Positions 1 through 10,888 of a stretch of DNA of 64,000 nt are shown in pieces (the stretch's first letter is position 1; the number at the start of each line of letters is the position of its first letter). Both the position numbers and the translations under genes were made by a program. The stretch covers positions 186,001 through 250,000 of the forward strand of contig OZ287067.1 of the NCBI GenBank assembly GCA_965645245.1. Direction: 5' to 3'. The stretch comes from Massalongia carnosa. Taxonomy: Eukaryota. The notes beneath the pieces are model-generated. The model was not told the origin of the DNA, ran no database searches, and saw only the letters and a list, made by a program, of their open reading frames with translations.

Positions 1-1890
1 CGGTCGTCGATTTCGTAGGTAGTTGGCGGTGAGAACCATTTCAGCCCAATATTTGATGTCGAGTTTAGTGCCTTCTCGCATGGTGCTGGCTAACTTGTGA
101 AGCGTTTGACCTAGGCGCTCGGCTGTCCCGTTCATGAGTGGATTTCCCGGTACGGTAGGCTCCCACTGAATGCCATGCTCGTTTATGAAATTCTCGAAGT
201 CTTTGGAGTCATACTCACCCCCGCAGTCCGATCGCAAGCGCTTAACTCGTTTGTCCACATATTCGTTTTGCTTCTTGTAGTTTTTAAAGCCTTGAAGGAC
301 TCCGCTTTTGACGCGCAGTAAAGTGACGTGAGACCGTTTATCGAAATCGCAAAGAAAAGTCACCATATATTTGGCGCCATTCAAGGATTCTGGGAAAGGT
401 CCTAGACATCGCTGTGAGTTAAGTCCAGCGGGTGCTTGCCTAGTTGGATGGGGGCCCGGTGTGGTTCTACTTGGGACTGAGCGATGGCGCACGGAGGACA
501 GGCGTCTTGGGGCGGGGGCTTGATGAGGTCCATTCCTTTTGACATGCCAGCGAGCTTGAGAATGTTTTGATTTCCAAGATGGCCTAAACGAGCGTGCTAC
601 ATTTTTATCGCCTCGCTATTAATTGCAGCGAGAGCGAGAGCGGCTTCAGAGACGTTCCACATGTTCAGGATATACAGATTGTTGTCCTGGCGGCGAGCAG
701 TGATACCATAGTTCCCGATTTCAATTCCCTCTGGTACGATCTTCAGGGGACATCCATCTCGTTGTAATTGTCCTTGGGAAATGAGATTTAGGCCTCCGTC
801 CGGAACGTATAACACATCGAAAAGAGGGAACTCCCGAAGACCCTTGTTACCGGCACACAGCAACATGATGTTACCTATTCCTTTGGGAATTAATACTCCT
901 CCAATGCCTTGAATTGGTGGGCAATCGGATGTCTTGAATGAGGTGAAGATGGAGCGATCGTGGGTAATATGTTGGCTAGTTCCAGAGTCACAGATCCAGA
1001 GCTTAGATATTTTGGTTATATCCGCGGTGGCCATGTAGGCGCAGAAGGCTCCTTTGGTTGAGTCATTGTTTCCGGTTGGCTTTTGACTTTGACCTTGACT
1101 TTTGGAACTCCTGCGACGCTTATTGGACTTACGCCGTGAGTCTTGGTTAACGAGGTGTGGATATTTTTCATGACACTCGCTCTCTACGTGATAGTCCTTT
1201 CCGCAGTGGTTGCAATACTTGATGGTCTTGGTGATGATTCGAGAATGGGCTGTTCCAGGTTGAGCTCCGCGTTTGAAACTGCTGCCATTGCGATTACGGC
1301 CTTATCGTTGGACTTGCTTGGGTTGGTCACCGTGTTTTGGAAATGCTGCATAGCCTGACTTAATGTGTGCTTGAGTTCACCCATTTCATTGAAAGGATCA
1401 TGATCCTGAGCGTATCGTTCAAAATAGCTGTTGTATTCGAGGCATAAATTGGTATGAAAGCGATAGATAAGCCAGTTTTCGTCCAGGCTTAGCTTGCTTG
1501 AGAAGGTGCGAAGCTTATTGACCGTGGCGCGAAATTGGGTAATAGGGCTGCTGCAATCCGATAGGATAAGGTTGTCTAATTTTCTGAAGGTGTCATTGAG
1601 GAATCCCGAACCGCGAGGCTTATGGTTTGATTCAAGTGAAGCCATCATTGGGAGCGTTTGGTCCCATGTCCAGGTTGGTTTTCACTCCGTCACCGCCGAG
1701 CCCGTGGACGAAGACAATACTGTATGGTCAGTACCAAACAACCCGGACGAGACATGACATCTGGTGCGTACTATATTCGCGTCTGGAGAATCAAAGAGGG
1801 GGTCGCCTAATCCGTACAGTTCGGCCGTGCTGGCGTTGTCATCGCAACACAGAGGAGTCGTACGAAGGTTCGGGTGAAAAGTATTGACGG
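1..1890 (-). mobile_element. Degenerate Ty1/Copia element: gag, protease and integrase region; runs off the window start, 5' LTR not identified
   Basis: ORF 1184..1648 is gag-like. ORF 597..1034 has the Copia protease motif WICDSGTSQH and GAG-pre-integrase LYIL. Below 597 the minus strand reads HARLGHLG..C..C and RLRSDCGGEY..WEPTVPGNP..NGTAER (integrase core). Stops and frameshifts present. Confidence 0.85.
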
Positions 1891-2039
1891 ATTAAGCGAG
1901 AAAATCAAAATCGATCTGTCAATCTCAACAATCAAAAATATTACACCTTAAGTTTAACATGATTATTTTTACAATTGATAGCAAAGTCAGATGTACGTAT
2001 GAAGTAGTAAATCTGAAAATTTGAGGCATATTTTACACT

Positions 2040-2330
2040 CAATATTTGTTGAAAAAACCGTGATTTTTAATCAAAGCCCGAAAACTATTCCGCATCGTTT
2101 TGATCCATTTCACATGCTTATTCTTCAGCACCAAATCGTTCCATTCGTTCGTTCCTGCTATGAACATATTCCTTGCGTTCGTGACTAAACGAGATATCGT
2201 TTGATATTCTGTTTACAGCCTTTCCACATGTACTCGATAGGATTGAGGCCGGGACTCGAAGGGGGCTAGTGTATGATTTCTATTTGATATTGTCGTAACC
2301 ACAAACGAGTGTAAAGGTAATCATTAAAGT
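2040..2330 (-). pseudogene. Remnant of a Tc1-like DDE transposase C-terminus
   Basis: Minus strand reads WLRQYQIEIIH*PPSSPGLNPIEYMWK, a decayed WPxxSPDLNPIE motif. Confidence 0.55.
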
Positions 2331-2987
2331 AAGGGTGTGTACGGAGTATGACACCATTAATTCTACGTCCCCCCTAAAATCTGCAGCTAGGTTTTAGGCT
2401 TTCAGTCAATTTTTATACCCCTGCAAATTTGTATGCAGGGATGAAGTTTTCCTTAATTTTTACCTTATAGCTTGAATTTGCAAATATTGTAAACGTTGTA
2501 GGGGGTTGGAGCGGTGATACTCTAAATTCAAATTGCTAGCGGTTCGGGAGTTGGTTCTTTTCGGCTGATACTCGGTAAAGGTAGCGGGGAAGTCAGGTGA
2601 CAGTCTTTCTTTTAGTTTAGTTATAGATAGTTATTTTCCTTTTAGAGCAAGCATGCACGTAGTAATAGCTACAACACATAGCATCAACACATATAGTTCA
2701 CAGGCACGAGGCATCAGGCACGAGGCGCGAGGCTTACAGTGAGCTTATCCGAAACATTTGATTAATGAAGAATCGAAAAATTCGACTCGTTTTCTCTATA
2801 AATTTCGGGAACTGGACGCATACTTGGAAACAACTTCAATTCAGTGATGAGAGCACGTTTTACACGGGCAAACACAAGAAAGATTAAATTCTTCGCAAGA
2901 CGGGAGAAGAGTTCTGTCTTGATTGAATTAAGACTCGTTTTCGGAGTTTTAGAACGTCTTTTTCAGTATTGGAAATAGTTGGATAGG

Positions 2988-3146
2988 TGTTGCGTCTAGG
3001 CAAGATTATACGAGTGTTGAAAGATGTTGATTAAATGAGCAAGTCTGCTCGCCTATATAAGCTTAAAATACGCTAGTCTCAATTGAGACTTCCCATAAAG
3101 GGAGCTACGACTATAGTTATAATACCATGTTACCATAACCATAACA
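2988..3146 (-). repeat. 3' LTR of G0
   Basis: tgttgcgtc...cataaca, direct repeat of 6734-6892. Confidence 0.95.
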
Positions 3147-3171
3147 GATGCCGACAAACAAAGCAAAAAGG

Positions 3172-6100
3172 TTAGCGACCTCGCTGACGCCCTCTACCCT
3201 TTCGTCCACTTGGAGTATCATTCCACACTACGAAGCATGGATAGCTGAACGTTGTAGGTTGAGTGGTGAACTTAAGTTTTCCCTGTTCCTGAAGCTTTTC
3301 AAAAGTTGTGTCGATACATTCTTTATCTGGTTTTGGTACGATACCTGATTTCAGGTTGATGGGCATCCATTCTTCCTCCGGAATTCCCACGGTCGTACCC
3401 TGATCGATGAACACATCTTGGTATTCGGTGACAAGGTCAGAGAGCGGTTGATTCATACCGATATGGCCATAAACGGTAACTCCGTTAAATAGCTTCATCT
3501 CCATATCGGGAGCTATAACTGAGTTGGGTTTTATCGAAGTGGTGGTATCAACACCGATTGTGCCACTAGATGATACGGATGTGGCATAAGCCGTAGCCAT
3601 TAAGGCCGCTCCCTTTGTGATTAATGATCTTATAGATCTTCCAGTCTTCCATCCTGACGTAGCTAGATGGGCTTCCGCTGGTAATGTCATGTAGCATCCA
3701 TGGTGCGTGTATTCTACCACTGATCCTAGGCGAGCTCTCTTCGGAAGAACCACCGGAGTGCTGGTAGCGTTATGAATGTTTACCCATGATAGGTCAGTGT
3801 CTACTATGGGGGCGAAAACGCCTCCCTCATGCCCCAAGTCATGACTGGCTGCAAGCTGTGGTTCGAAGAGAAAATCTCTGTCATCTGGTAACTGTCCATT
3901 GAAAGTGACTGGTACGCGCATGGTCGTTCCAGGAAGAACAGTGAAGGCATTCTTAGATCGGATCGTGCGCTTGATGTGTGGAGCAACACGGGCACGACTG
4001 TTGATGGGTATCTTGATGCCCTTGCAACTATCGATCGTCATGATCTGCTTCCCTAAGTCTAAGGTCATACCTTGAGGCGTCATGACGTCGTTTCCTATGA
4101 GTAGATTGACTTTCAGGTCATCTACTATGTGGACCTCGATGATTATTACGCCGGTAGCAGGACCATCCTTGGAGATTCCATCAAGATTTACCTGTACAAG
4201 AGCTACTTCATCTGTTCTTACCTCGCCTTTACCTACTCCACGAATAGGAACCGGAGATGCCATTCTAGTGATGACGAGATCCGGAACATGCTTCTGTAGA
4301 TAAGCACGATCTCCCATAGTAACCGAAGTTCCGGAATCCAAGCATATTTCTGACATCAGAGCGGAGCTTCCATAGGATACTTGAGCGGTAGCATAGTGAT
4401 AACCTCGAAAGGCATATCCAACACCCTTGGTTTTATCAGGGCTGATAGTTGACACTATTTTCTGTCTAAGATCGGTAGAGGAGGGTGATGTTTTTACGAC
4501 CGCTAAGTTAGGTGAAAGCTTATCCTTGGCGACTGTAGTCATCATGTTGACTGTAGTCAGCGTATCCTCCGTTTGAGACCAGCAGTCCTTTCGTAGATGG
4601 CGAAATAGTTTATTCCTTGATAAGAAGGAGGCCGCACATCTTGTGCAGGGAAAAATACTTGGTTCGACCGGAACAACAAAATTTGATGTTTCCTCATACT
4701 GGTATGGATACTCTTCTTCCGAAAACTCCTGCTCGTTCCGTTCTTCTGCAAAGTGTGTTCCTAGCACTTTCTCGCAGTTCCCGTAATCATCCTCGAGCTC
4801 CTCTGAGACCGAAGTCTGATATGCCTTCTGTTGAGGTCTTACGTGGTCAGACCAAGGACCACGATTAGATCCTGGTTGCTGCGGGTTCGTCATGAGACGA
4901 AGAGGTTGTCTAGGACCTCCGGGTGTGTTTGAAGGTACGTCCGCGATCTGAGGACGTTGGAACTGATTGGATGGTACAGAAGCTGGGGCTCTTGCGTTTA
5001 CGTTGGATAGGTTGTTCTGATAGCGAGGATCTTGTCGTGTCTGTTGTGAATATCCGTTGTGTTGGAAGCCACCATTGGGTATACCCAGATATCTTTTGTC
5101 GAAGTATCCCTGTAATTGCTGAGGCATGTAAGTCTGACCAGTTTGCGGAATACGATAAGATTCCCTATAAGGAAACTGATCCTGATCCTGAAAAAGCGAC
5201 TTTTTCTGTTGAAAAGGCGCTTGAAAAGGCCGTTGAAATGAACGAGAAAGAGACTGAGAAGGTCCTCCTCTTGTTTCGAACTTACTAGGTTGAATACGAG
5301 TGACCGGATGAGAGCGAGGTGCCTTGGCCCGAGCCCACCAGTCATGCTTACACTCATCCATGTCCTGAAGAAATTCGCTCAAGGTAGTGCCTTCCTTAGG
5401 CCTACGAAGGTCGCTTTGCCGCACCTCTTTGTCTATACCGTTATAGATAATGTCCAACTGATTCTGCACACCGGTCATACCAGCATCCTTGGCAGATCGA
5501 AGCATCTTTTGGACATACTCGCGTGGTTCCCGTCGATTAGCCGCGTCACGAATGGTATACTTCTCATGTAAGATGGCATCCATAGCTATGTTGGATGGCT
5601 GCTGGAACCTCCGTAAGAGTAACCTCTCCCATTGGCCTATCGATGTGTCTCGGCTACCTACTAGCTTGGTCATCTCCCGCTTATCGTCATCCAACTCACT
5701 GTGCCACCACTCCAATGCTTCGCCCTGTAAACACATCCACAGATTATTCCTCACTACGGTAGCACCCTTGGTGATGGCCATTTCCTTAGCCCTCTGGACA
5801 AATAGATGAACGTCTCGGAAGTAAGTCTTGGTACCGTCATGTTCTATGGCGTTCCCGGTGCTGATAGACCTTTCATTGTAATTGGGATCAAAAAACCCTA
5901 ACTCGGAAGATACCCAACGTGATTCTCCCCGAGGAGCACCAGCAATGGATCCTACGTCCTCTGTGGACACACCAGGGTCAGGTGGGGATGTTTTGGCAGC
6001 GGCAACAGCATATTTGGCTAGGGCATCTTCGACTGCCTTGCTGACCAAGGCTTCGATGTGAGCTTGGGATACAGTGGCTGCACTAGCGCTGGACCCGGCC

Positions 6101-6471
6101 ATCTCTCTTGGTTCGATGGGTTGAGGAGTGGTGCTAGAGGGACGGTTAGTATTGTCGCATTCCGCGAAGGGCTGATAGGCTGGATGCTGTCTATGAGGCT
6201 TAGTTCTTATTCGATAGTCCTCGAAGACCGCTGTCCGGATGTCTTTTTCAGACCAGTTTGAAGGGTACGAGATACTCTGAGAGCGTGTAACTGAACGGGT
6301 TCTGGCGCCAGAGCTTTCCGAGATCTCCCGTAAGCCTTTTGGTCGAGGAGAGACTGTAACCAGGTACTTGACAAATCTTGCTATGCGAAGAGGTAGTTCC
6401 AAGGTCAAGCTGGGATGGTCCGCCAACAGGTCGTGGATCTGAAAGGTCAGAACGAGAAGATCCTCTTCCAC
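3172..6471 (-). CDS. Gag-C2H2 zinc finger-aspartic protease polyprotein, ending at the start of RT
   Basis: 1099-codon ORF: gag-like CLQGEALEWW, CTRC..F.SRNKLFRHL finger, protease CLDSGTS...LLIGND, then RT N-terminus FSYPCFVVW..KGR and stop. No YxDD, RNase H or integrase. True ATG may be downstream (MAGSS, ~6101). Confidence 0.85.
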   Translation of the reverse strand: MEEDLLVLTFQIHDLLADHPSLTLELPLRIARFVKYLVTVSPRPKGLREISESSGARTRSVTRSQSISYPSNWSEKDIRTAVFEDYRIRTKPHRQHPAYQPFAECDNTNRPSSTTPQPIEPREMAGSSASAATVSQAHIEALVSKAVEDALAKYAVAAAKTSPPDPGVSTEDVGSIAGAPRGESRWVSSELGFFDPNYNERSISTGNAIEHDGTKTYFRDVHLFVQRAKEMAITKGATVVRNNLWMCLQGEALEWWHSELDDDKREMTKLVGSRDTSIGQWERLLLRRFQQPSNIAMDAILHEKYTIRDAANRREPREYVQKMLRSAKDAGMTGVQNQLDIIYNGIDKEVRQSDLRRPKEGTTLSEFLQDMDECKHDWWARAKAPRSHPVTRIQPSKFETRGGPSQSLSRSFQRPFQAPFQQKKSLFQDQDQFPYRESYRIPQTGQTYMPQQLQGYFDKRYLGIPNGGFQHNGYSQQTRQDPRYQNNLSNVNARAPASVPSNQFQRPQIADVPSNTPGGPRQPLRLMTNPQQPGSNRGPWSDHVRPQQKAYQTSVSEELEDDYGNCEKVLGTHFAEERNEQEFSEEEYPYQYEETSNFVVPVEPSIFPCTRCAASFLSRNKLFRHLRKDCWSQTEDTLTTVNMMTTVAKDKLSPNLAVVKTSPSSTDLRQKIVSTISPDKTKGVGYAFRGYHYATAQVSYGSSALMSEICLDSGTSVTMGDRAYLQKHVPDLVITRMASPVPIRGVGKGEVRTDEVALVQVNLDGISKDGPATGVIIIEVHIVDDLKVNLLIGNDVMTPQGMTLDLGKQIMTIDSCKGIKIPINSRARVAPHIKRTIRSKNAFTVLPGTTMRVPVTFNGQLPDDRDFLFEPQLAASHDLGHEGGVFAPIVDTDLSWVNIHNATSTPVVLPKRARLGSVVEYTHHGCYMTLPAEAHLATSGWKTGRSIRSLITKGAALMATAYATSVSSSGTIGVDTTTSIKPNSVIAPDMEMKLFNGVTVYGHIGMNQPLSDLVTEYQDVFIDQGTTVGIPEEEWMPINLKSGIVPKPDKECIDTTFEKLQEQGKLKFTTQPTTFSYPCFVVWNDTPSGRKGRGRQRGR

Positions 6472-6721
6472 GGGGATGGGGATGGAAGATGGAGCCAGGT
6501 GATAGCTGTTTCAGTCAATGTACTGGTGGACTAACAGCTAACACGGATAAAAGATAAGGTGAAAGATGTGCAGGATAGTAAGGTCGGATGTGAATGTCTG
6601 CTAAGGCAGACCGAGCTTGGTTGAGTTCCTCAGCAAACAACTGGTGCCGGAGGACTGGTGATAGCTGAAGACGTATCAATTGGTGTCTAGAAGCTATCGT
6701 ACTGGAATCAAGAAATCAAAA

Positions 6722-6732
6722 CAGTGCTACCA
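6722..6732 (-). promoter_or_regulatory. Putative tRNA primer-binding site of G0 (TGGTAGCACTG)
   Basis: 1 nt inside the 5' LTR boundary; TGG pairs with tRNA CCA and TGGTAGC matches the usual initiator tRNA-Met 3' end. Confidence 0.65.
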
Positions 6733-6733
6733 T

Positions 6734-6892
6734 TGTTGCGTCTAGGCAAGATTATACGAGTGTTGAAAGATGTTGATTAAATGAGCAAGTCTGCTCGCCT
6801 ATATAAGCTTAAAATACGCTAGTCTCAATTGAGACTTCCCATAAAGGGAGCTACGACTATAGTTATAATACCATGTTACCATAACCATAACA
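6734..6892 (-). repeat. 5' LTR of G0
   Basis: Direct repeat of 2988-3146, adjacent to the PBS. Confidence 0.95.
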
Positions 6893-7500
6893 ATAGGGAT
6901 ATAAATCAAAATTGATGTTTTGCAGAATATTTTGAAACCAGAGGGGGAAGAATCAAGGAAGACTATATAAAACAGGTGCTATTATCGGTTGTTTCTCCGG
7001 AATTTCCGGAAATTAATTATATTTCTTCTTATGAACGCATCTAGTATTCTCTTCATGCTCGAGAGTCCGGTGAACTTCTCTTTCAGGAGGATAAAAATCG
7101 AGCTTATGATTTGGGGTTTGGAAAGCAAAATCTTTTACAATTGGAAGATTCACTCAGAATTTTATAATTTAACGATGATGCATGGCCTTCATGTCAAGGG
7201 ACTGGATTGGATGGTCAAGCTTTCTAATTGACTGAGTGTATAGCTACAGCTAGGCTAGATTAGCTATTCAAGAAATCGGACAAGGAAGCAGAACTTTCGA
7301 GACTCGACCCCTTCTTTTATATCTGTTCCTTACCTCCTTACCCCTTTGTTTCCTTGATCTTCGATGTCTCCTATTCATCTCCTTTTCCTAAGTTAATACG
7401 AAGACACCTAATGGGGACCGGGTAATTATGGTTTCGAAGATCGGAGGCGGAGCCGTACTCGATCTAACCGCATCGAGAAAGTTTGGAATAGCGCGCACTG

Positions 7501-7640
7501 ACCAATGAAGCTGTAGTAGGTCTAATAAACCTGCGGTAGGCCCAATGAACCCGCGGTAGGTCCAATGAACCCGCGGTAGTTCCAATGAACCTGCGTTAGG
7601 TCCAATGAACCCGCGGTAGCTCCAATGAACCTGCGGTACG
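7501..7640. repeat. 20-bp minisatellite, 7 units (consensus tccaatgaaccygcggtagg)
   Basis: Head-to-tail units with substitutions and no spacers. Confidence 0.9.
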
Positions 7641-7925
7641 GTAGGTAGGGACAGGATAGAGGGGGCAACTAGGGATAAGGCCGAGATCCTTTTGGTTCGA
7701 AGCCGTTTCATGACACTTCATTGCTTACTAGATTTTAACATAATCGAAAATTTTTGGAGGTCAGGCGCGTGAAAGAAACAGGCGGACACCAAAATAAGCG
7801 AATATTATCAAAATTGAACTTACTACCATCTATAAAATAATTACCATCTAGTCATCTTGCCATTCATGTCTAAAACATCATCTATTCTTTTAGGCATTGG
7901 TTCGATCCATTCATTGATCGTTTCC

Positions 7926-8463
7926 TGTCAGGGCATAGAAGGAATAAGGGCTAAGCTAACTAAGCGGGCCTTAGTTCTACGGCTAGGCTTAGTCATATGG
8001 AAAGCAGTTGGTCTGCGTTACGCGGCTGGTATCTACTGCCGAGAGTATAGTACGAGCGATCGAGATATACGAGGATGCTCGTACGATTAGTGAGCGGATG
8101 GTACGATACAGTCAGCACAGTGTCCACGATACAGTCAGCACAGTGTCTACGATACAGTCAGCACAGTGTCTACGATACAGTCAGCACAGTGTCCACGATG
8201 CAGTCAGCAGAGTGTTTAGCCGGCTTATCCGGTAGGAGTAATGGGCGGTCAAGATAGTTACAGTATCAAGGGCCCAGAGGGTCAAGGGCTTCGGTCCGGG
8301 TATATAAGGAGGCTGCTCGAGGGAGATGCAATCTTCAACGATTAGTCTTCCGCTTTACCTACATACTTCTTTTAGTATATTAGTATAGCAAATCATTAGT
8401 GTCTTCACATTGTCACATATCCCTAGGCCTGGTGTCTGATAATCGCCAGGTCTGACTCTTACA
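7926..8463. repeat. Solo LTR (538 bp) inserted in A1
   Basis: tgtcagg...cttaca ends; TSD TTTCC (7921-7925, 8464-8468); absent from copy A2. Confidence 0.9.
8102..8215. repeat. 23-bp tandem repeat (~5 units) inside the solo LTR
   Basis: tacgatacagtcagcacagtgtc units. Confidence 0.9.
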
Positions 8464-10263
8464 TTTCCTGAGAAAGACTGACCCAACCCGCCTTAATTGC
8501 AGCTATTGTGGTGTCATCATCCCAATGAGGTTGACGACCTACCCGTTGTTTGGGCACCTGCCAGCAATTTTCGATAGGAGAGAGATCAGGAGAACGAGGG
8601 CAGTTAAAGTAGTATTTTAGCCCATGCTCGTCCTTCCCCGATCCATGTCCTGAATCGCCATCTTCTTCCAACACGAAAATCGGGTCTGTTTCGAGCCATG
8701 TTTTTACTACCGGTTCCAGAACGAAGTCAATATACACCATCTGACTCATCTTTCCATTCGAATTGCCGGGAACCTCATAAAAAATCAGCTTTGATTTGAA
8801 GTTCCACCCCACAGCAGCCCAACAATGATATCGTTTCTGTTTTTTGTCCTTCTCTTCAGGCTCATGTTGTTCCTGAATGCAATCCTGACACGTACGCTCG
8901 CCAGGTTTTCGAATGATGCGTAGTCTTCGTTGAGGTCCTCGTCCGAAATGAACTTCATCGGAAAAGCGAACTCTTTTCCAATCATTCAACGAGTATGTGT
9001 TTCGTTTGTTCCAAGCCCAGTCCTTTCGTGCAATCATCAAATCTTTCGGGATGTAGGTTTTTGTGCGTGCGAGACATTTACGGTAGTTTCGTTCATGCAT
9101 CGCTCGTTGTATAGTACGCCAGGAGACGGAGGAAGTCTCAGCAGCTGCACCCAGTTGATTCCAGGTCAGTGATCTTCCCTCCAAGCCCGGTTTGCAATAT
9201 TTCATCCTTACGATCTATCTGCTTCTTTGACAGTTTGCGAGGCTGACCACGAGTCTCCGATTTGTTTGTATGATCATGCCGTCGATTAGTTTCTTGATCG
9301 TTGAGTATTTCATAACCTCGAGTATGTCCCACGCCGAAAAACTCGAAAACCTCTCGCTTTGAACGCAAAATCCCTTTCGCCTTGGTAGGAGTGGTATGCT
9401 CAGTATTTATAGTGATTCGTGACTCTAGAACAGGCTCCATTGCTTATAAAGAATTGATAAATGTGTGTATGTACGATGTAAAAATTAAAAAACTAAGGTG
9501 TGGGTGGTGCGGGGAAATTTTGGTGTCCGCCTGTTTCTGTCACGCGCGTGGAGGTTAATCAAGCAACGAATCGGAAGTTATGAAAAGATTATCACCATTC
9601 TGGATGATATAAAGTGTGACGGTTCGACTATTCGTGGTGCAGACGACAGCACCTATAGCGAACATGGTAGGAGTCCCAGTTATAGTGGAATAGAGCTTGG
9701 TCTGCGGACTAACTATTGAGCCTTTTGGTCAGGAAGGACAGGTGGCGCAATTGTAGAAATCTATTCACTATCTCTCTTCGTCACGAATGTAAATTGATTG
9801 AAGTTTAAAATTTTAAACTACGTTTATTGTTTCTTTTTTTAAACGCGCGAGTTGATAATCCGTTATTAAATAAATGATATATTTCTTAAACGAGTTAAAT
9901 CGCATGTTTTAAATTATGAAATTTTCATAAAATACTTAAAAAGTAACAAAGAATAAAACTTAAATTTTAAAAATCAAGTAGACATTTCTGATTTTTGTTT
10001 TTTATAAAGATTCAAATATTTTTCGCAGATACTCTGCGTTAGTTTTTAATAATGATGATGATATATTTATACTCCGATATGTCACCGGCCGTAGGCCGAC
10101 CCATGCGGGCAAAGCTATCTAAGTTATGTTATATGGAAAAACTTTTTCAAGTGTAAAAACCATATCCCTTGATACCCGGGTCGACGTCGGATAGGAGACG
10201 TAGAGCGAAAATATTTTGAGAACTGTGACGCCTTATAAGATAGGAAGGAAAAGATAAGTGAAA

Positions 10264-10888
10264 CTACTGTTGATTATACAATAGTGTAGATGTCAGTGAG
10301 AATTGGGTCAGTAGACCTGTTTTCATTAGCCAAGCAGTTAATATCTTTAGAGTTTTTGATGTTTCGGTTAGCTGTTGATAGTTGTTCGTGCCAGCGGCGC
10401 GAAACATCTGTTCTCTATTGTCAATAAGTCTACAGAACATGTATTCTGGAGTTTGTCTTTGCCGGCCACATGGGCAGGCCGGTGAGGTGACGGCGGGGAC
10501 CCGTCGCTGGTAGAGGAAGTCATCTAGACCGATCTTACCGGCGCGGATCTGTATTGTCAAGGCGCTTTCTGCCTTTCTTAGCAGCTTATGTATTACTGTC
10601 GTTTTTTGCTCAGTGGGACTGATTGCGCTATGGAGGGTTCGGTGACGCGATTTTGATATGAGCTCCACGAGTCGTTCCTGACTTTCAGCTGTCGTGCTTT
10701 AATTGTCTGCATTTTTTTTTGACGAGCCAACGCTGCTACGGAGACTTCGCGGGGATGCGCTGGGGGGGGGGTCGGACCATGGTGGGTGTGCTTTGGGTTG
10801 AACGATTTTTGCGTCGATCAGTAGGTTTTTGGCCCAGGTGTGCTTCAGCTCTCCTGGAGTGGATTTTTGAAGGCGTTTGCGACCTGCC
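10264..10888 (-). mobile_element. 3' fragment of a Tad1-like LINE ORF2
   Basis: LRKAESALTIQIRAGKIGLDDFLYQRRVP...CPCGRQRQTPE...C, the C-terminal Cys region typical of fungal Tad1-clade ORF2; cut by the G1 LTR at 10889. Confidence 0.75.

Larger units (their letters stand above)
2988..6892 (-). mobile_element. Gypsy-type LTR element G0, internally deleted (gag-C2H2-protease only), 3.9 kb
   Basis: Two 159-bp TG..CA LTRs (2988-3146, 6734-6892) that read identical; 5-bp TSD ATAGG (2983-2987, 6893-6897); single long ORF. Confidence 0.93.
7841..9440 (-). pseudogene. Transposase of A1 (frameshifted, interrupted by a solo LTR)
   Basis: WKRVRFSDEVHF...LEEDGDSGHG...SPDLSPIENCW; ORFs 9138..9440 and 8459..9205; tail resumes below 7926. 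Confidence 0.88.
7762..9550 (-). mobile_element. Tc1-like TIR element A1 (~1.25 kb without insert), 34-bp TIRs, 5-bp TSD GAGGT
   Basis: TIR cacgcgcgtgacagaaacaggcggacaccaaaat (left copy has 2 mismatches); GAGGT at 7757-7761 and 9551-9555; near-identical copy at 47098-54835. Confidence 0.92.

Noticed and set aside
2330..2740. Possible solo LTR ending ggcttaca
   Set aside because: No clear TG start, TSD or second copy in the window.
7501..7640. CRISPR-like appearance of the 20-, 23- and 33-bp repeats (also 8102-8215 and 28440-28570)
   Set aside because: Head-to-tail units without unique spacers, no cas genes, eukaryotic context.
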